NCBI GenBank assembly: GCA_947631415.1
Contig: CANRLG010000003.1
Span: forward strand, 8,265-72,264
DNA: 64,000 bases
Reading direction: 5' to 3'
Source: an uncultured Clostridia bacterium
GTDB taxonomy: Bacteria; Bacillota; Clostridia; TANB77; CAG-465
Made by a program: the position numbers and the translations under genes. Shown here in pieces: positions 63,036 through 64,000 of this stretch. How positions within the stretch are numbered: position 1 is the first letter of the stretch; every line of letters begins with the position of its first letter. The notes under the pieces were generated by a model, which worked only from the letters and a program-made list of their open reading frames with translations, was not told the DNA's origin and did no database searches.

Positions 63036-63057
63036 AGCATTAATGCTCTCTTTTTTT
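63034..63057 (+). terminator. Rho-independent terminator
   Basis: AGAGCAT / ATGCTCT inverted repeat followed by a T8 run. Confidence 0.7.
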
Positions 63058-63062
63058 GGCTT

Positions 63063-63090
63063 AAAAAAACTGCAACAAAATTGTTGCAGT
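63063..63090 (-). terminator. Rho-independent terminator for the minus-strand MBL gene
   Basis: CTGCAACAA / TTGTTGCAG stem. Read on the minus strand, a T7 run (plus-strand A-run 63063-63069) follows it. Confidence 0.7.
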
Positions 63091-63097
63091 CTTTAAT

Positions 63098-64000
63098 TTA
63101 ATCTATTATAGGACTATCATTCTTATAAGTTTTAATTAAACCATAAGCTCCTATCCTAATGCAATTTTTCGGACTTAAAATACAAGTATTTTTTGCTTTA
63201 ACATTTTCCATTAGGTATTTTGCAAATTTTACTTTTACATCACTATCTCCATGATTAATCATAATAGATTTAATATCATCAAAAGCTGAAATAAGCTCAA
63301 GTAAATCTTCCTTTTTAGCATGTCCAGAAAATTCATTGGTAGCAAGAACAGTTGCTTGCTTAGTTGTCATTACTCCATTTAGTTCAAAAATTTCACCTTT
63401 TTGTATTTCCTTTATTCTACTACCAAATGTATTAGGTGTAGTAAAACCACAAAAATGTATAGTACATTTAGGTCTTGAAATATAATAAGGTAAATATAAT
63501 TGGGCTGGACCATAACTTCCCATACCAGATGTAGTAAGAATTATTTTTGAATTTCTGTCTGAAAGTAAATTTTGTCTTTCTTCATACTCTGTAATTAAGT
63601 TTAGATTAGCTGGTAGAAAGTTTTGGATTTCTTTAGATTTCTTTAAATATTGTTTATGCTCTAAATAAAAAGTAGTATAACTTTGTGCAAGTTTTCCATC
63701 TAAATATATTGGAATGTCTTTTGAAAGCATATTTCTGTCTTGTAATATTTTTAGTTTTAAAAGTATTTCTTGACTTCTACCAAGTGAAAAAACAGGAATT
63801 ATTACAGTTTCTTTGTTACTTAATGCATATAGTACATTGTTATCAAAAACTTCTTTTATTTCGCTTCTTGAACTATCACCATAAGTGGATTCAGTTATTA
63901 TGTTTATTGGCTTAGATAATATATCTTTTGGGATTTCTTTAACATCAAAAAATATATTAGATTTAGAATAATCTCCACTAAAGAATAGATATATAGTTTT
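63098..64000 (-). CDS. Beta-CASP-type MBL-fold metallo-hydrolase (RNA/DNA nuclease family), 5' end outside the window
   Basis: The frame is open up to the window edge, so the track's M at 63730 is internal. The upstream part contains IITESTYGD, and the C-terminal part contains FSGHAKKEDL and MINHGD, which are beta-CASP motifs B/C-like. Confidence 0.7.
   Translation of the reverse strand, partial: KTIYLFFSGDYSKSNIFFDVKEIPKDILSKPINIITESTYGDSSRSEIKEVFDNNVLYALSNKETVIIPVFSLGRSQEILLKLKILQDRNMLSKDIPIYLDGKLAQSYTTFYLEHKQYLKKSKEIQNFLPANLNLITEYEERQNLLSDRNSKIILTTSGMGSYGPAQLYLPYYISRPKCTIHFCGFTTPNTFGSRIKEIQKGEIFELNGVMTTKQATVLATNEFSGHAKKEDLLELISAFDDIKSIMINHGDSDVKVKFAKYLMENVKAKNTCILSPKNCIRIGAYGLIKTYKNDSPIID

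Noticed and set aside
1-64000. Search for tRNA, rRNA, tmRNA, riboswitch/T-box leaders, CRISPR arrays, IS elements, integrases and prophage genes.
   Set aside because: I saw no T-loop-type GGTTCGAATCC-like motif and no rRNA-like GC-rich block. No intergenic gap exceeds about 270 nt, and no transposase or integrase motif appeared in any ORF. Short structured RNAs cannot be excluded without covariance-model searches such as Infernal/Rfam.

Overview
This is an AT-rich chromosomal segment from an endospore-forming, low-GC Firmicute. It looks Clostridia-like, but the exact taxon cannot be fixed from the sequence alone. There are roughly 70 tightly packed genes, almost all on the + strand. Most have Shine-Dalgarno sites, many are followed by rho-independent terminators, and several sit behind near-consensus sigma-A promoters.

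Gene content in order:
- a BY-kinase capsule-regulation trio (cpsC/cpsD/cpsB) and hflX
- a split TSUP transporter
- a VirB2-like small protein plus a TadZ/CpaE-like 722-aa protein
- ireB-ruvX-DUF1292, a ynbB-like PLP enzyme, a BaiN-like flavoprotein, HtrA and a PdaC-like deacetylase
- topB, frr-cdsA-rseP-bofA, sleB-ypeB and pcrA
- an operon of alr, a hydrolase, a membrane-anchored MurF-like ligase and ddl
- a GH18 spore-type hydrolase and a SWIM-SNF2 helicase
- the complete spoIIIAA-AH operon
- a three-gene cassette ending in a stand-alone MshEN/T2SSE_N domain protein
- secA
- about 12.7 kb that looks accessory: an NDT-like protein, tnpV, an ABC plus two-component module, PepSY, HIT, a membrane XRE regulator, an SDR and an orphan T4SS coupling-protein-like ATPase
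- pth, rplU-rpmA with no prp between them, a frameshifted gene and a partial beta-CASP MBL nuclease

I recognised no rRNA, tRNA, CRISPR array, transposase or integrase. The only minus-strand genes are the HTH-Sel1 protein, a DUF1980-like fragment, the T4CP-like ATPase and the MBL nuclease, and all four look accessory.

The best follow-up candidates are:
- the VirB2-like / TadZ-like pair (4.7-7.3 kb)
- the orphan T4CP-like ATPase (58.2-60.8 kb)
- the cassette after spoIIIAH (43.0-44.6 kb)
- the alr / membrane-MurF-like / ddl operon (27.5-32.2 kb)

All family assignments come from motifs read by eye. No database search was run.
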